A DNA stretch of 64,000 nt from a virus. Under the pieces are notes generated by a model. That model saw only the letters and a program-made list of their open reading frames with translations. It was not told where the DNA came from and searched no databases. The translations under genes and the position numbers were made by a program. Shown here piece by piece: positions 28,088 to 37,656 of the stretch; positions within the stretch are counted from its first letter, which is position 1; each line of letters starts with the position of its first letter. Location: IMG/VR virus record IMGVR_UViG_3300037264_001145, positions 32,001-96,000 of that record. One strand, written 5' to 3'.

Positions 28088-29878
28088 ATGCCAAATTTTT
28101 CAGTAAGATTAATAGATGCACCATCCGTAGTAGCCATTATAAATGGATATACACCCTTTACTCCAGATGGAGGGATTTTTTGTGGTGGTTATCAAGGACC
28201 ATTATATCCAAATCCTACAACTCTAATTTCCCCTAAGACAAAATTCAATCCATATGATTACATGGGTGGTAATGGAAATATGCCAACTGTTACTTCTCGT
28301 TCACTTCCAAATACAGGAGATAGATATAGAGGTTTAGGAAAAGGTAATCCTGGAATTAGATATAAAAATCCTGGACACATACTGGGAGTTATAGACACTT
28401 ACTGTAGAATGTCTTATGGACTTGGATTTTATAAATTATTAAGGTTGGGACAAGCCAGTTATTCTTTTGCGCCACTCATTGATGTACAAATACCTTTTAA
28501 AGTATTAAATAATAATGGTTCACTTGATAATAAAACAATAGGGATGGCAGAATTATATCCATATTTTTCACCGTCTCCAAATTCTTGGTTATTCGCTTAT
28601 GTGCCTAACATATTTTATAATACAAAAACGACATTTAATCCAAGAACTTTTGAGCCTTTTGTTTTTGATGGAAGCGGTCCAGAAACAGGTGGGAGTTCAA
28701 TTAGTTTTGAAGCCTTGTTTGGTGGTGTTTATATAAGATCGTATTTTGATACAATACCATATTTTAGAGCACTCTTTGAAGAAATGGCTACTTTAATAGC
28801 TGGAATATATAATTTTAACACTTTTGAAGAAGGACTTGTGGATGACGAGACTGGTCCGTGGGCCTTAGAAGGAACTCTTGTTGCAGACTTACCGTGTCCA
28901 GCAAAACCTATAGAAGGTTCTCCTTGGCACGAAAGTAGTATTAATCCAACTTTAGGTACTCTCAATGCTCATCCAGAAGGAACAGACTACGGAGAATGGG
29001 CTTATCCAATTTCTCCTTTTCATTACTATAATGCGTGTAAAACTTTGTCTGCTCCAGAAGCCCTACTATTATTAACAGGATCTCCAGACTATCACGAAAA
29101 CCGTCCTGGTACACCGTCAGCAAATTACGAATACAGATCTTTAACAGAACTTAATGCTGTAGTAAATTTATTACCAATACAAACAAATAGTTTTCTTTAT
29201 AGTTTTGGTGCTAAATGGGATTCAGTGCCCCCCTCTTTATTACCATTCGCAGAATCAACCCCCATTACCGCCGCAACACAAGTTGTTTATTCTATTTGCG
29301 ATATTTGTTTTACCACTTTTGTGCCAGGTAGCATAACTATATCTGTTAATGCAGAAATAGAAAATTACGTAAGACGGTGGTTTATGGCCGCAAGCTTGGG
29401 GGGTGGTCAAGAAACTTTCTTTGCAAATTCCGAAAGACGATTTATTTTCAGTACTTCTGTAACCAATAATTTCGGATGGGACAGAGATTGGTTTGGTGTT
29501 CAGGGCGAAAGCGTGAATACTGTTTGGGCTGCGGAAGGAGTTTTTACCGCTGGAGAAAGATTGGGAGAACAAGAAGATATTCAAACGACCACAACTTTCA
29601 AGGATTTGTCAAAGTTTGAATCAGTAGCAAATTTAACAATCCCAGAAGGAGGAGGGTCTCGTACAGTAAGAGCAAGACTTATATTACAATCAAAAACTAT
29701 GGGTGGGTGGAAGCCAACCGAAGACGTTTATTTATTATTTGGTCCATTTGACCACGAAACTTTAAAAATGTTTATTACAATTGATATTGGTCATTTCGGT
29801 ACTATGACCCATAATGTTCATATTCCATTGCGTCTAGACCGATATTATGATGTAGAAGGTTTGCCTCCAACGGAGTAA
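28088..29878 (+). CDS. Putative tail tip/receptor-binding protein
   Basis: Pro/Gly/Tyr/Phe-rich beta composition; position. Confidence 0.4.
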   Translation: MPNFSVRLIDAPSVVAIINGYTPFTPDGGIFCGGYQGPLYPNPTTLISPKTKFNPYDYMGGNGNMPTVTSRSLPNTGDRYRGLGKGNPGIRYKNPGHILGVIDTYCRMSYGLGFYKLLRLGQASYSFAPLIDVQIPFKVLNNNGSLDNKTIGMAELYPYFSPSPNSWLFAYVPNIFYNTKTTFNPRTFEPFVFDGSGPETGGSSISFEALFGGVYIRSYFDTIPYFRALFEEMATLIAGIYNFNTFEEGLVDDETGPWALEGTLVADLPCPAKPIEGSPWHESSINPTLGTLNAHPEGTDYGEWAYPISPFHYYNACKTLSAPEALLLLTGSPDYHENRPGTPSANYEYRSLTELNAVVNLLPIQTNSFLYSFGAKWDSVPPSLLPFAESTPITAATQVVYSICDICFTTFVPGSITISVNAEIENYVRRWFMAASLGGGQETFFANSERRFIFSTSVTNNFGWDRDWFGVQGESVNTVWAAEGVFTAGERLGEQEDIQTTTTFKDLSKFESVANLTIPEGGGSRTVRARLILQSKTMGGWKPTEDVYLLFGPFDHETLKMFITIDIGHFGTMTHNVHIPLRLDRYYDVEGLPPTE

Positions 29879-29882
29879 AAAT

Positions 29883-29890
29883 GTGTATAA
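29883..29890 (+). promoter_or_regulatory. GTGTATAA motif
   Basis: Exact motif in the 30-nt gap before 29909. Confidence 0.5.
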
Positions 29891-29908
29891 ATTAAACGGG
29901 AGATTTGT

Positions 29909-30535
29909 ATGAGCGTATCAATTTATGTAGGAGAAGACCAATTACTTCCAAGCACTTCCGGCCTTGGTTTTTATGGGAACGATGGCTTTGGCGAATCAAT
30001 ACTCATAGGAGAGTATAATGGAAGAATGTTTGTTACAAACGCCTCCGGAACAGAAGAGGGCTTTGAATGTAACAACAATAAATATTTGAACACATCTGGC
30101 GTTATTTATGGACAGACCGGAAACGGTATTCAATTAATTAGTTTGCCAAACAGTTTAGCTACTATCAATGTCAGATTTGAATATGTGACAGAGGTTAAAA
30201 CTCTTGCTGGTAGATTTTATATATTCGATGGAACGCTGGACGTAGACGATATACCGATGACAGGCAATCCTCCAAGCGGATTAACCTGTTATACCGCCGA
30301 GACAAGACATCAAACCGAAACCCAAATTCCTGACGGGATAGGAGATACCGATTGGCTTGACACACAAGGGAGTACTTATCTAGAGGTAATTAGTTCCCCA
30401 GGAACAAGCGGATTAAGGCCGAATGGTTCCAATACCTTAGATACGAGACATGATTGGTATATAGCTATGACCGCTACTCCATTTCAGTTTGGGAATAAGC
30501 AATTTGCTATGTATTTTGAGACTGAATTTTTATAA
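29909..30535 (+). CDS. Virion protein, paralogue of 31517..32149
   Basis: Shares GFYG..FG.S, NNKYL..S.GV, SPG.SGL.PNG and D.RHDWYI...ATP with 31517..32149. Confidence 0.6.
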   Translation: MSVSIYVGEDQLLPSTSGLGFYGNDGFGESILIGEYNGRMFVTNASGTEEGFECNNNKYLNTSGVIYGQTGNGIQLISLPNSLATINVRFEYVTEVKTLAGRFYIFDGTLDVDDIPMTGNPPSGLTCYTAETRHQTETQIPDGIGDTDWLDTQGSTYLEVISSPGTSGLRPNGSNTLDTRHDWYIAMTATPFQFGNKQFAMYFETEFL

Positions 30536-31382
30536 GATCTAAAATAGATTGTGTAAGTTTAGCTTCATTAAATACCTGTTTTTGAACAACTCGTATTTTA
30601 ATTTTTCCGCATATACTTATGTTTTTATCTTTATAATTCAATAATATTGTCCGTTTCTTCTTCTTCGATAATAGATTATTTTTTTGTTCATCTGTTAATT
30701 TTATGTCACCAACTATTCTTCTTAGAGACGTTATAGGGATATCTAGCTCCATGGATATGTCTCTTAACGAACGCCCCAACGCCCTTTGTTGTCTAGCTAA
30801 AAATTCTTTTGTTGGACCTATTGTAAGATTTATACTATCCGATAATTTTAATATTCTTTGATATTTGTTTGTTTTTTTATTTTTTTTAATAATTTTTTGT
30901 TCTTTTAATACTTGTTTTTTAATATGTTTAATGGTGCATTTATGTATGTTAAATTTATTTACAATTTCATTAAAACCAAGATTGTTTAAAATCATTTCTT
31001 TTATTTTAATTATTTTATTATTGTCGATACTACTAATTTCTTTATCAATCATTGATTTTCTGTGTAATGCCCTATCTTCTCCATTTTCTTTTGGAGTTCC
31101 CCATTTTATGTTTTCTATATTATTGTTTAATTTATTTCCATCAAGATGTCTACATTGAAAACTCTGTGGTCTATTTCCAGAAAAAGTTTCTAAAATAAGT
31201 ACATGTATTTTTTCTATTTTCCCTTTCAAACAAATAGCCATATATCCATTAGACATAATAAATGGTTTTACAAATTCCTTTTTATCTATATTAAATATTC
31301 TTCCATCTCTATAAGCTAATAAGTTATTATACCTTGGTACTATTTTGGTTTTTACTTCCATTTTTCTTTTTTCCTGACACAC
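30507..31382 (-). CDS. HNH homing endonuclease (HNH_3 type) with a C-terminal helix-turn-helix-like region, inverted in the structural operon
   Basis: IHVLILETF.G.RP...CRHLDGNKLNNNIENIKWGTPKEN; ATG at 31361 is an alternative start; very AT-rich. Confidence 0.85.
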   Translation of the reverse strand: MCQEKRKMEVKTKIVPRYNNLLAYRDGRIFNIDKKEFVKPFIMSNGYMAICLKGKIEKIHVLILETFSGNRPQSFQCRHLDGNKLNNNIENIKWGTPKENGEDRALHRKSMIDKEISSIDNNKIIKIKEMILNNLGFNEIVNKFNIHKCTIKHIKKQVLKEQKIIKKNKKTNKYQRILKLSDSINLTIGPTKEFLARQQRALGRSLRDISMELDIPITSLRRIVGDIKLTDEQKNNLLSKKKKRTILLNYKDKNISICGKIKIRVVQKQVFNEAKLTQSILDLIKIQSQNT

Positions 31383-31394
31383 TTTCTACTTATA

Positions 31395-31402
31395 TTATAC
31401 AC
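31395..31402 (-). promoter_or_regulatory. GTGTATAA(T) motif driving the inverted HNH gene
   Basis: The plus strand reads ttatacac at this position. Confidence 0.45.
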
Positions 31403-31516
31403 TATCACTACCAATTATTGTTTGTTTTTCTTAAATTTTTAAAAAGACGTGTTAAATAATGTGTATTTATATATGTGGTGAAATACAATCAAATTATTTT
31501 TGAAAGGGTGATATAA

Positions 31517-32149
31517 ATGGCTGCTGCGATAACTTTTTTTGGTGGTGTAGGCGCTGGCGAAACCGGCTTGGGAGCTTCTGGTGTAGGATTCTACGGCGCT
31601 ACCTTTGGTAGCTCTGTTCAAGTAGCATCTTATCAGGACACGACTTTCATTACTGATACTTTAGGGACAACCAATGGTGGACAAATTGATAATAACAAGT
31701 ATCTTGGTACTTCAAGTGGTGTTAAGGTTAATGCGTTTGACAATGAGATTCTTGCTAATGTTCCTACTATCTCTGGAACATTGAATGTGAGATTTACATT
31801 TGATACCCCAGTAATGACACAAAACGGCGAGTTCAGAATTTTTGACAGAGCGGACATAACCTTACCAGCCACAGGCGTCACCTGTTGGGTAGCTATGATC
31901 GGTAACGGCGGTTCTGGTGTCAACCAGACCACTGGGGAGGCTCAGGCGGGCCATAACGGATGGGCAGCACTGTCTGGAGCATCGCCAAAATGGGTGCTGT
32001 TGGCTAGTCCAGGAGAGTCTGGTTTAAGTCCGAACGGTACGGGAACCAACGACGACAGACATGACTGGTATATATCATTGTCGGCTACACCAACATCTAT
32101 CGGGTCGAAAACAGACTTTGGGGCTTATGTCGCCCTCGAATACCTATAA
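31517..32149 (+). CDS. Virion protein, paralogue of 29909..30535
   Basis: Shared motifs as above; RBS aagggtga; followed by a terminator. Confidence 0.6.
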   Translation: MAAAITFFGGVGAGETGLGASGVGFYGATFGSSVQVASYQDTTFITDTLGTTNGGQIDNNKYLGTSSGVKVNAFDNEILANVPTISGTLNVRFTFDTPVMTQNGEFRIFDRADITLPATGVTCWVAMIGNGGSGVNQTTGEAQAGHNGWAALSGASPKWVLLASPGESGLSPNGTGTNDDRHDWYISLSATPTSIGSKTDFGAYVALEYL

Positions 32150-32172
32150 GTTAATTGTAGTTTAATTCAAGG

Positions 32173-32206
32173 AAAAGCCAGATTTATTCTGGCTTTTTCT
32201 TTTTTA
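32173..32206 (+). terminator. Intrinsic terminator
   Basis: Stem aaaagccaga / tctggctttt, loop tttat, T-rich tail. Confidence 0.75.
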
Positions 32207-32213
32207 TAAAATA

Positions 32214-32221
32214 GTGTATAA
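32214..32221 (+). promoter_or_regulatory. GTGTATAA motif
   Basis: Exact motif after the terminator and before RBS gaggag. Confidence 0.5.
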
Positions 32222-32239
32222 AATAGAGGAGCATTCTAT

Positions 32240-32578
32240 ATGAACCAGAGAACATATTGCATGGATGGCGTCACCCTCTGTGATTCGGTTCAGGAATCAA
32301 AAATTGCAAACTGGCTTTATCTAAATGGAATCACCTTTGAAGCCCACAAGAAATTACCAAAACCATCAAGACAAAAATGTGATTTTTACTTGCCGGATTA
32401 TCAACTATGGGTGGAATGGGACGGGTTGATGGCCGTAAGACAACTTTCTTCAGATCACGCAGATCTTCGGGCAGATAGAAAAGTATCATTTTATAAAAGC
32501 CACGGAATGAAATTTGTGGTCTTAAACAGAGAAAATAATTGGGAGTCTTTATTGCATGAGGCTATTTTTTTGTCATAG
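32240..32578 (+). CDS. PD-(D/E)xK endonuclease-like protein (Vsr/DUF559-like)
   Basis: DS..E..IA.WL...GI.FE...CDFYLPD..LWVEWDG. Confidence 0.7.
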   Translation: MNQRTYCMDGVTLCDSVQESKIANWLYLNGITFEAHKKLPKPSRQKCDFYLPDYQLWVEWDGLMAVRQLSSDHADLRADRKVSFYKSHGMKFVVLNRENNWESLLHEAIFLS

Positions 32579-32586
32579 GATGTGAA

Positions 32587-32838
32587 ATGAAATTCCTTAA
32601 CACTCAAAAAGTATTGACTGGATTACTGGTGAGCTTATTGGGTCTGGTTGGGGGAGTAGCTGCCGCATCCTATTCTGTAGGAGTAGAAAAAACTAAAATT
32701 ACACAAAAGGTTGAAGAGCACGAAAAAGCGTTGCTTGAGATAAATACATATCTTAAAGAAATAAGTCAATCTATTCGCGCTATAGAACTGGATGTGGCTG
32801 TCCTGGCTGACGAACATGCCAATCGAACAACCCCTTAA
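32587..32838 (+). CDS. Single-TM coiled-coil membrane protein (holin-like)
   Basis: N-terminal hydrophobic helix then a heptad-like region; last gene of the late arm. Confidence 0.45.
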   Translation: MKFLNTQKVLTGLLVSLLGLVGGVAAASYSVGVEKTKITQKVEEHEKALLEINTYLKEISQSIRAIELDVAVLADEHANRTTP

Positions 32839-33292
32839 TTGCTTCCGTTAACAGGATACTTAAAACCACAGCCTCCCCATCTGAAATTGCGTGTTTGAAA
32901 TTAATAGAAGCGTCTGTTCCTTTTTTCACACTTAGTCCAATATAATAACCAGCATACATTCCTTTTTCAAATTTCAATACGGCGTTTCCATCTTTATTAG
33001 AATGAAATAAGCCCTTATATTTATCGTTATCCTTTTCTTTCGGACCAGCACCATTTTTAACACCGTCTAAAACCGATAACAGTTCTCCCATATCTGTTAC
33101 GCCCAATTTGAACACAAGCTTTTTTTTCCAATTAAATGTTGCATTTCCATTCTCGTCTTTTGTTGGAAGTTGTGCTGCTATCTCGAAAAACACACACCCC
33201 TTGTCTTTTGAAAATTCAAATTGCGAGGCAGCGCCACTACCGTCTGGTTTAGCTTTGTATATTTTGTAAGATTCTATGAATTTAGTTTCCAT
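32780..33292 (-). CDS. Whirly-fold single-stranded nucleic acid-binding protein
   Basis: Motif-by-motif resemblance to plant WHIRLY domains as I recall them: KIYKAK, FNWKKKLVFKLGVTDMGELLS, LFH, VLKFE, LSVK, ISDGEAVVL...LFDWH. Confidence 0.7.
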   Translation of the reverse strand: METKFIESYKIYKAKPDGSGAASQFEFSKDKGCVFFEIAAQLPTKDENGNATFNWKKKLVFKLGVTDMGELLSVLDGVKNGAGPKEKDNDKYKGLFHSNKDGNAVLKFEKGMYAGYYIGLSVKKGTDASINFKHAISDGEAVVLSILLTEAIKGLFDWHVRQPGQPHPVL

Positions 33293-33304
33293 TTTTCTTC
33301 ACCC

Positions 33305-34162
33305 TTATCTTTTCAATTTTTCTTGTACGTGTCCAGTTTGTCTCATATTATTGAGATTAGATAAAACAACCAATCCTTCACAATGTTTTAGATATTTCAT
33401 ATCTACTACGCCATTATTAACAACAGAAGAAATCTCTAAATCATCAAGCAATTTCTTTATTGAAATACCGAGTCGATCACTTAAAAGTCTGATAGCTGTT
33501 ATTTGTCCTGTATTAATTAGTTTATTAGCATCATCTACTTCTTCGTCTTTTGTAACCCCGATTTCTTCCGCAGAAACAACTCTCTTAAGTTTTAATGCTG
33601 CACGATATGCTCTACCCTTTGCTCTTGTATCGGCCATTGCCACTGGATAGATTGCAAAATCTTTGGTACAGTTTGACGGACACGCATCGGCTAACGCCTC
33701 GAAAATTCGTCCATCAGAAAAAACAATACTAGCCTTAGCACAAGCCCTTTCTCCATTTTCCATTGTTGGGGCAGATACAAGTTCGCATTGTTCTCTCGAT
33801 ACTTCCCCAAGCAATAGTTCTGCAACACGTCGCAACCCTTCGAGACGTGGATGTTCACCATCCATTTCATCATCCTGGAACAACCCTAATACATATTGTG
33901 TCCACGCAGGACTGGACGGTTCGGGTATGTCATTAACATTTACATCTACTGTTGTAGAAGCATCTTCTTCCGGAGGAGGATCAACCTTGACCGCATCATC
34001 TGATTCTAAATCTTGTTTTAATTTATCTAAAATAATCAAGGAATCTTCTCCGCGCTTTTCTTCTGCCAACATTTCCTTTAATGCTCCAAGCTTTAAACCA
34101 GAAATTTCTTCTTTGTCACATCCCATCATCAACAATTCTTCAACTATGTCAGACTTTTTCAT
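33305..34162 (-). CDS. Single-strand annealing recombinase (Rad52/Sak-like)
   Basis: PRLEGLRRVAE...ACAKASIVF...FEALADA...AMADTRAKGRAYRAAL....VSAEE pattern. Confidence 0.6.
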   Translation of the reverse strand: MKKSDIVEELLMMGCDKEEISGLKLGALKEMLAEEKRGEDSLIILDKLKQDLESDDAVKVDPPPEEDASTTVDVNVNDIPEPSSPAWTQYVLGLFQDDEMDGEHPRLEGLRRVAELLLGEVSREQCELVSAPTMENGERACAKASIVFSDGRIFEALADACPSNCTKDFAIYPVAMADTRAKGRAYRAALKLKRVVSAEEIGVTKDEEVDDANKLINTGQITAIRLLSDRLGISIKKLLDDLEISSVVNNGVVDMKYLKHCEGLVVLSNLNNMRQTGHVQEKLKR

Positions 34163-34640
34163 TCTTCATGTCCTCGACTATGAACTTTATTATTTCAACC
34201 AAATTAAAAGATTTTATCACCTCGCTATTAATTAACTTAACCCTTGGATCGTGACTCCATCCTTCTACGCTATTATACGAGTAAATGTAAATATTTTTTG
34301 ATCTACTATTAAGGGCTGATTGAAGCGTAGAATTACTAGTAACTATCAACGGAGATGTCCACGAACAAATAAAGCGTATATCTAAAATTGGGGCCAAAAC
34401 AAAGATGCACGGCTGATCTAAATCATGGGTAAAAATCGACACGTCTACGCCGGCGAAGTTATTAAAAATGTAATTGATGTTGTTAAATGAATCAATATTC
34501 ATTTGTGATTTTCCTAGATTATCGAACAGTATTGCTGTTGAAAACAATTCGCTATCCAAAGACATTCCCAATCTTTGGAAAAGAATTTCTCCATCCCTTT
34601 TTCTTTTTTCAGCTTCTTTCTTTTTATTATCCATTATCAA
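34149..34640 (-). CDS. Hypothetical protein, possibly a degenerate glycosyltransferase-like domain
   Basis: Coupled ORF in the GT operon; no catalytic motif recognised. Confidence 0.45.
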   Translation of the reverse strand: MIMDNKKKEAEKRKRDGEILFQRLGMSLDSELFSTAILFDNLGKSQMNIDSFNNINYIFNNFAGVDVSIFTHDLDQPCIFVLAPILDIRFICSWTSPLIVTSNSTLQSALNSRSKNIYIYSYNSVEGWSHDPRVKLINSEVIKSFNLVEIIKFIVEDMKNEKV

Positions 34641-35406
34641 TAATCACATTTACTGGGCATGACAAGCAAATTCCTGATAATTCTTCTTCTCTTAGGTTTT
34701 CCGTAAAAGTTCTGAACGCTTCTGTCGGTCGCGTTAATGTCTTATAGGCATCTGTTATATAAAGTCCGTACACTTGTGGGAAAGGAAGAACAATAGTTTT
34801 GGCAATCCTATTCATGAATGGCCAAAAGACAAATCTTGTGTCTTTATCATTCACTTCTTCTGTCATCGTTATTATATCTTTTCCAGATAAAATTTTGTTA
34901 CTAGGAACAACAACGAAATATTTTTCTTTGATTGTTTTGGATATTCTCTTCACAGTTTGTTCTGGTTTTTCTTCTTCGTGACTTGGAACAAGAACGTCCA
35001 GATTTTTTAGACCTTTGTGATTTTTGAATATATCAATTATTTGCGATCTATTAGTTTTTCTTGTGACATCTGCTATGATAATTCTTTTACATAAAATAGG
35101 AATATTATAAGAATCAATAGGGCTTACTGGATATGAACTATAAGTTAAACTACGCCCAAGAGATTGAAGGTTATCGTCGTCACTATGAATAATAACAAGA
35201 TCAAATTCTAGCTTAGATTCTTGTATAGCTAATTGTATTAATTTTTCCTGTGTTGCGTTCTTGTTCTTGGCCCATTTTTGGGAACGCCAGTATCGACAAA
35301 ACCCAACAGCGTATGCGCATTTAGAAGTATTTATAAAAAATTGGTTAGCTAGACATTTATTATCTTTAAAATGGCAACATTTATTACAATCGCTAGCGAT
35401 CACCAA
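34627..35406 (-). CDS. Hypothetical protein with a Cys-rich N-terminus and a degenerate GT-A-like region
   Basis: CNKCCHF...C...C..GFC N-terminus; FDLVII...RIIIAD segment. Confidence 0.45.
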   Translation of the reverse strand: MVIASDCNKCCHFKDNKCLANQFFINTSKCAYAVGFCRYWRSQKWAKNKNATQEKLIQLAIQESKLEFDLVIIHSDDDNLQSLGRSLTYSSYPVSPIDSYNIPILCKRIIIADVTRKTNRSQIIDIFKNHKGLKNLDVLVPSHEEEKPEQTVKRISKTIKEKYFVVVPSNKILSGKDIITMTEEVNDKDTRFVFWPFMNRIAKTIVLPFPQVYGLYITDAYKTLTRPTEAFRTFTENLREEELSGICLSCPVNVIIDNG

Positions 35407-35412
35407 ATTCTC

Positions 35413-36423
35413 CTAATCAACCAACGTAGCACATGGAGTATCAATTGTAGAATAAAATATCTCGTTCCACTTTTCAATGAAATTTGTGTGGCCGAACTTG
35501 TCTAAAATTGTTTGTCTTGCGTTATTTCCAATTTTTCTTGCTAAATCTTTATCGTTCATCAACTCTTTGCAACGAGAAACCATTTGATCTATATCGTTCG
35601 TTATGAAACCATTTTCACCATCTACTACGACATCTTGTATGTCTGTGGTTTTAGTTGTAACAACAGGACAACCAACAGCCATAGCTTCTAATAATTCATA
35701 AGGACAAGATAGCCACGTCGAAGTATTGAGAAAAACAGAACATCTCCTATAGTAATCAACTAATTCATTCAAGTCTTTGGCTGGCGCAGAAAAGCCAGGA
35801 GACATTCCGATTAGAAACAATTTTATTTGTTTCCCTATCTTTTCCAGTATATCGAAACCAGTCGGACCTTTTCTGTTCTGAAAATAATCTACGTTTAACA
35901 GAACTTTGTTGTCGCAACCTGTCCAGCCATTGAATATATCTGTGTCCACACATTTCGGCATAATCATAACATCTTGTTCGTCAAGCCCCCATGCGTTACA
36001 CACAAACTTGGAACAAAAAATTTGCTTATTGCTAATTTGATCCGCTAACGCCTGGATGACAAACTGATTCATTTCTGGAAAAGGCAGAAAATTATTAACG
36101 GATATAATAGGACAACTAATACTATTGACTATTTTTAATAGATATGGATAGTCTCTAGCTCTTTGCTGACATATCACTAAGTCAATGCCCATATTTACTT
36201 GGTCTTTAGCTTCTCCTGGCAGCAAGAGAATACAGTTGTCTGGTTTTTCTCTTATTGCTGGGTTCCACATTGGGGTATTTGGTACATTCAAATAATAAAA
36301 ATTGTGTCCAGTTTTTGCGAGCATGTCTTGAAATTTTTCTTCGCAATTGACAGTGAATATGTTCAACTTGTCATTGTCTGGTCGATTAATACCCCGAAGG
36401 ATTGAAGAAAATTGTGTTGCCAT
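35413..36423 (-). CDS. GT-B (GT4-like) glycosyltransferase
   Basis: VFLNTS...LLEAMAVGCPVVTT...VVDGENGF...ARKIGNNARQTI. Confidence 0.9.
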   Translation of the reverse strand: MATQFSSILRGINRPDNDKLNIFTVNCEEKFQDMLAKTGHNFYYLNVPNTPMWNPAIREKPDNCILLLPGEAKDQVNMGIDLVICQQRARDYPYLLKIVNSISCPIISVNNFLPFPEMNQFVIQALADQISNKQIFCSKFVCNAWGLDEQDVMIMPKCVDTDIFNGWTGCDNKVLLNVDYFQNRKGPTGFDILEKIGKQIKLFLIGMSPGFSAPAKDLNELVDYYRRCSVFLNTSTWLSCPYELLEAMAVGCPVVTTKTTDIQDVVVDGENGFITNDIDQMVSRCKELMNDKDLARKIGNNARQTILDKFGHTNFIEKWNEIFYSTIDTPCATLVD

Positions 36424-36483
36424 TATTTTTCCTAATTCGTTATAAGTTGACCATTATCGGTTAAAATTGTTACTTTTATCAAT

Positions 36484-37656
36484 CTAATCATTCAATAATC
36501 CCTTTAAAATAATACCCACATTTTCATGAGAAAAAGCCCTGATCCTTTTTTCCGCAGCAAGACCCCTCTCCTTTAAAGTTTCATTCCCGTATTCTAAATA
36601 GGCTCTTTTAAGAGTTTCTACGAAAGATGGTAAGCAAATATCGAACCATTTTTCTGATCCAGTATACATATCATTAAAGCCATTTAATTGGCCAAAACAA
36701 TACGTTAATTGTCCCTTAACTAACCACCCACAGTCAATTTCTCCGGGATATATGAATGTCTCTTTGTTGGGTTCCCAATATCTATAAGCCTGCACATAAC
36801 ACAATTCTGGATGAAATCCCCAATTGCTTAAAATGACTGGATTTCCATATCCCATGGCGTCCATCGCAGGAATGTTTCCTCCTTCTCCGTGACTTGTGGA
36901 AACAAATACGTTGCAGGACGCATGAAGTTGTGATAATTGTTCGTCTGATAAACGCTCCACAAGAACCATTATTGGGGGATATTTATTTTCTTCGTTGTGT
37001 ATATGAGTAGCCTTTTTTATATCGAGGATTAGCTTCCTCATTGTCTGCATTCCCCTTTCGGGCTTAAATCCTGGTACACTCGTCTTGATTACTAAAAGTA
37101 CATTTTCCTGGTTTGTGAACGCCGCATAATATCCTCTTATTAAACCGGCAATATTTTTTCTTCTTGTATTTTCTCCAATAAAATAGAAAACACATTTATC
37201 TTTTGCCGCTTCAAGTTTTGATATGTTCGGTTTATTATTGTACTTTTCTATATCGCACGAATGAGGGAAAATTTTTACTGGTACTGTTACTCCGCTATTT
37301 AAACAGGCGGTTTGGTTTTGAATACTTGGAACCCAAACTTCTGTCATTTGATTTAATGAGTCAACCCATGTTTTACAAATAGTATTGGTTTCCCAATCAA
37401 AAATACCTATATTTCTTATGGTTTTAAGTGGGACGTATGTGACTGGTAGACAATGCTGAATAACAACGTCTACATTTTTCAAGTTTTTTTGTTCTAGGTG
37501 TTTAACTACACACACTTGTTTCGGAGGAGACTGCTCCATTCTGACGGGGCGACACACAACATCGTATCCCATTTTTTCCAACGCAAGTATATTGTCTCTT
37601 GCCGCATGAGCATATCCGGTCCCGTCTCTGTAAACCGATAAGTAGGCAATTTTCAT
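36484..37656 (-). CDS. GT-B (GT4-like) glycosyltransferase
   Basis: RKNIAGLIRGY...VFVSTSHGEGGNIPAMDAMGYGNPVI. Confidence 0.9.
   Translation of the reverse strand: MKIAYLSVYRDGTGYAHAARDNILALEKMGYDVVCRPVRMEQSPPKQVCVVKHLEQKNLKNVDVVIQHCLPVTYVPLKTIRNIGIFDWETNTICKTWVDSLNQMTEVWVPSIQNQTACLNSGVTVPVKIFPHSCDIEKYNNKPNISKLEAAKDKCVFYFIGENTRRKNIAGLIRGYYAAFTNQENVLLVIKTSVPGFKPERGMQTMRKLILDIKKATHIHNEENKYPPIMVLVERLSDEQLSQLHASCNVFVSTSHGEGGNIPAMDAMGYGNPVILSNWGFHPELCYVQAYRYWEPNKETFIYPGEIDCGWLVKGQLTYCFGQLNGFNDMYTGSEKWFDICLPSFVETLKRAYLEYGNETLKERGLAAEKRIRAFSHENVGIILKGLLND

Noticed and set aside
32780-32838. 59-nt 3' overlap of the convergent arms as a regulatory element
   Set aside because: No hairpin or other structure seen; it can be explained by stop-codon drift at the strand switch.
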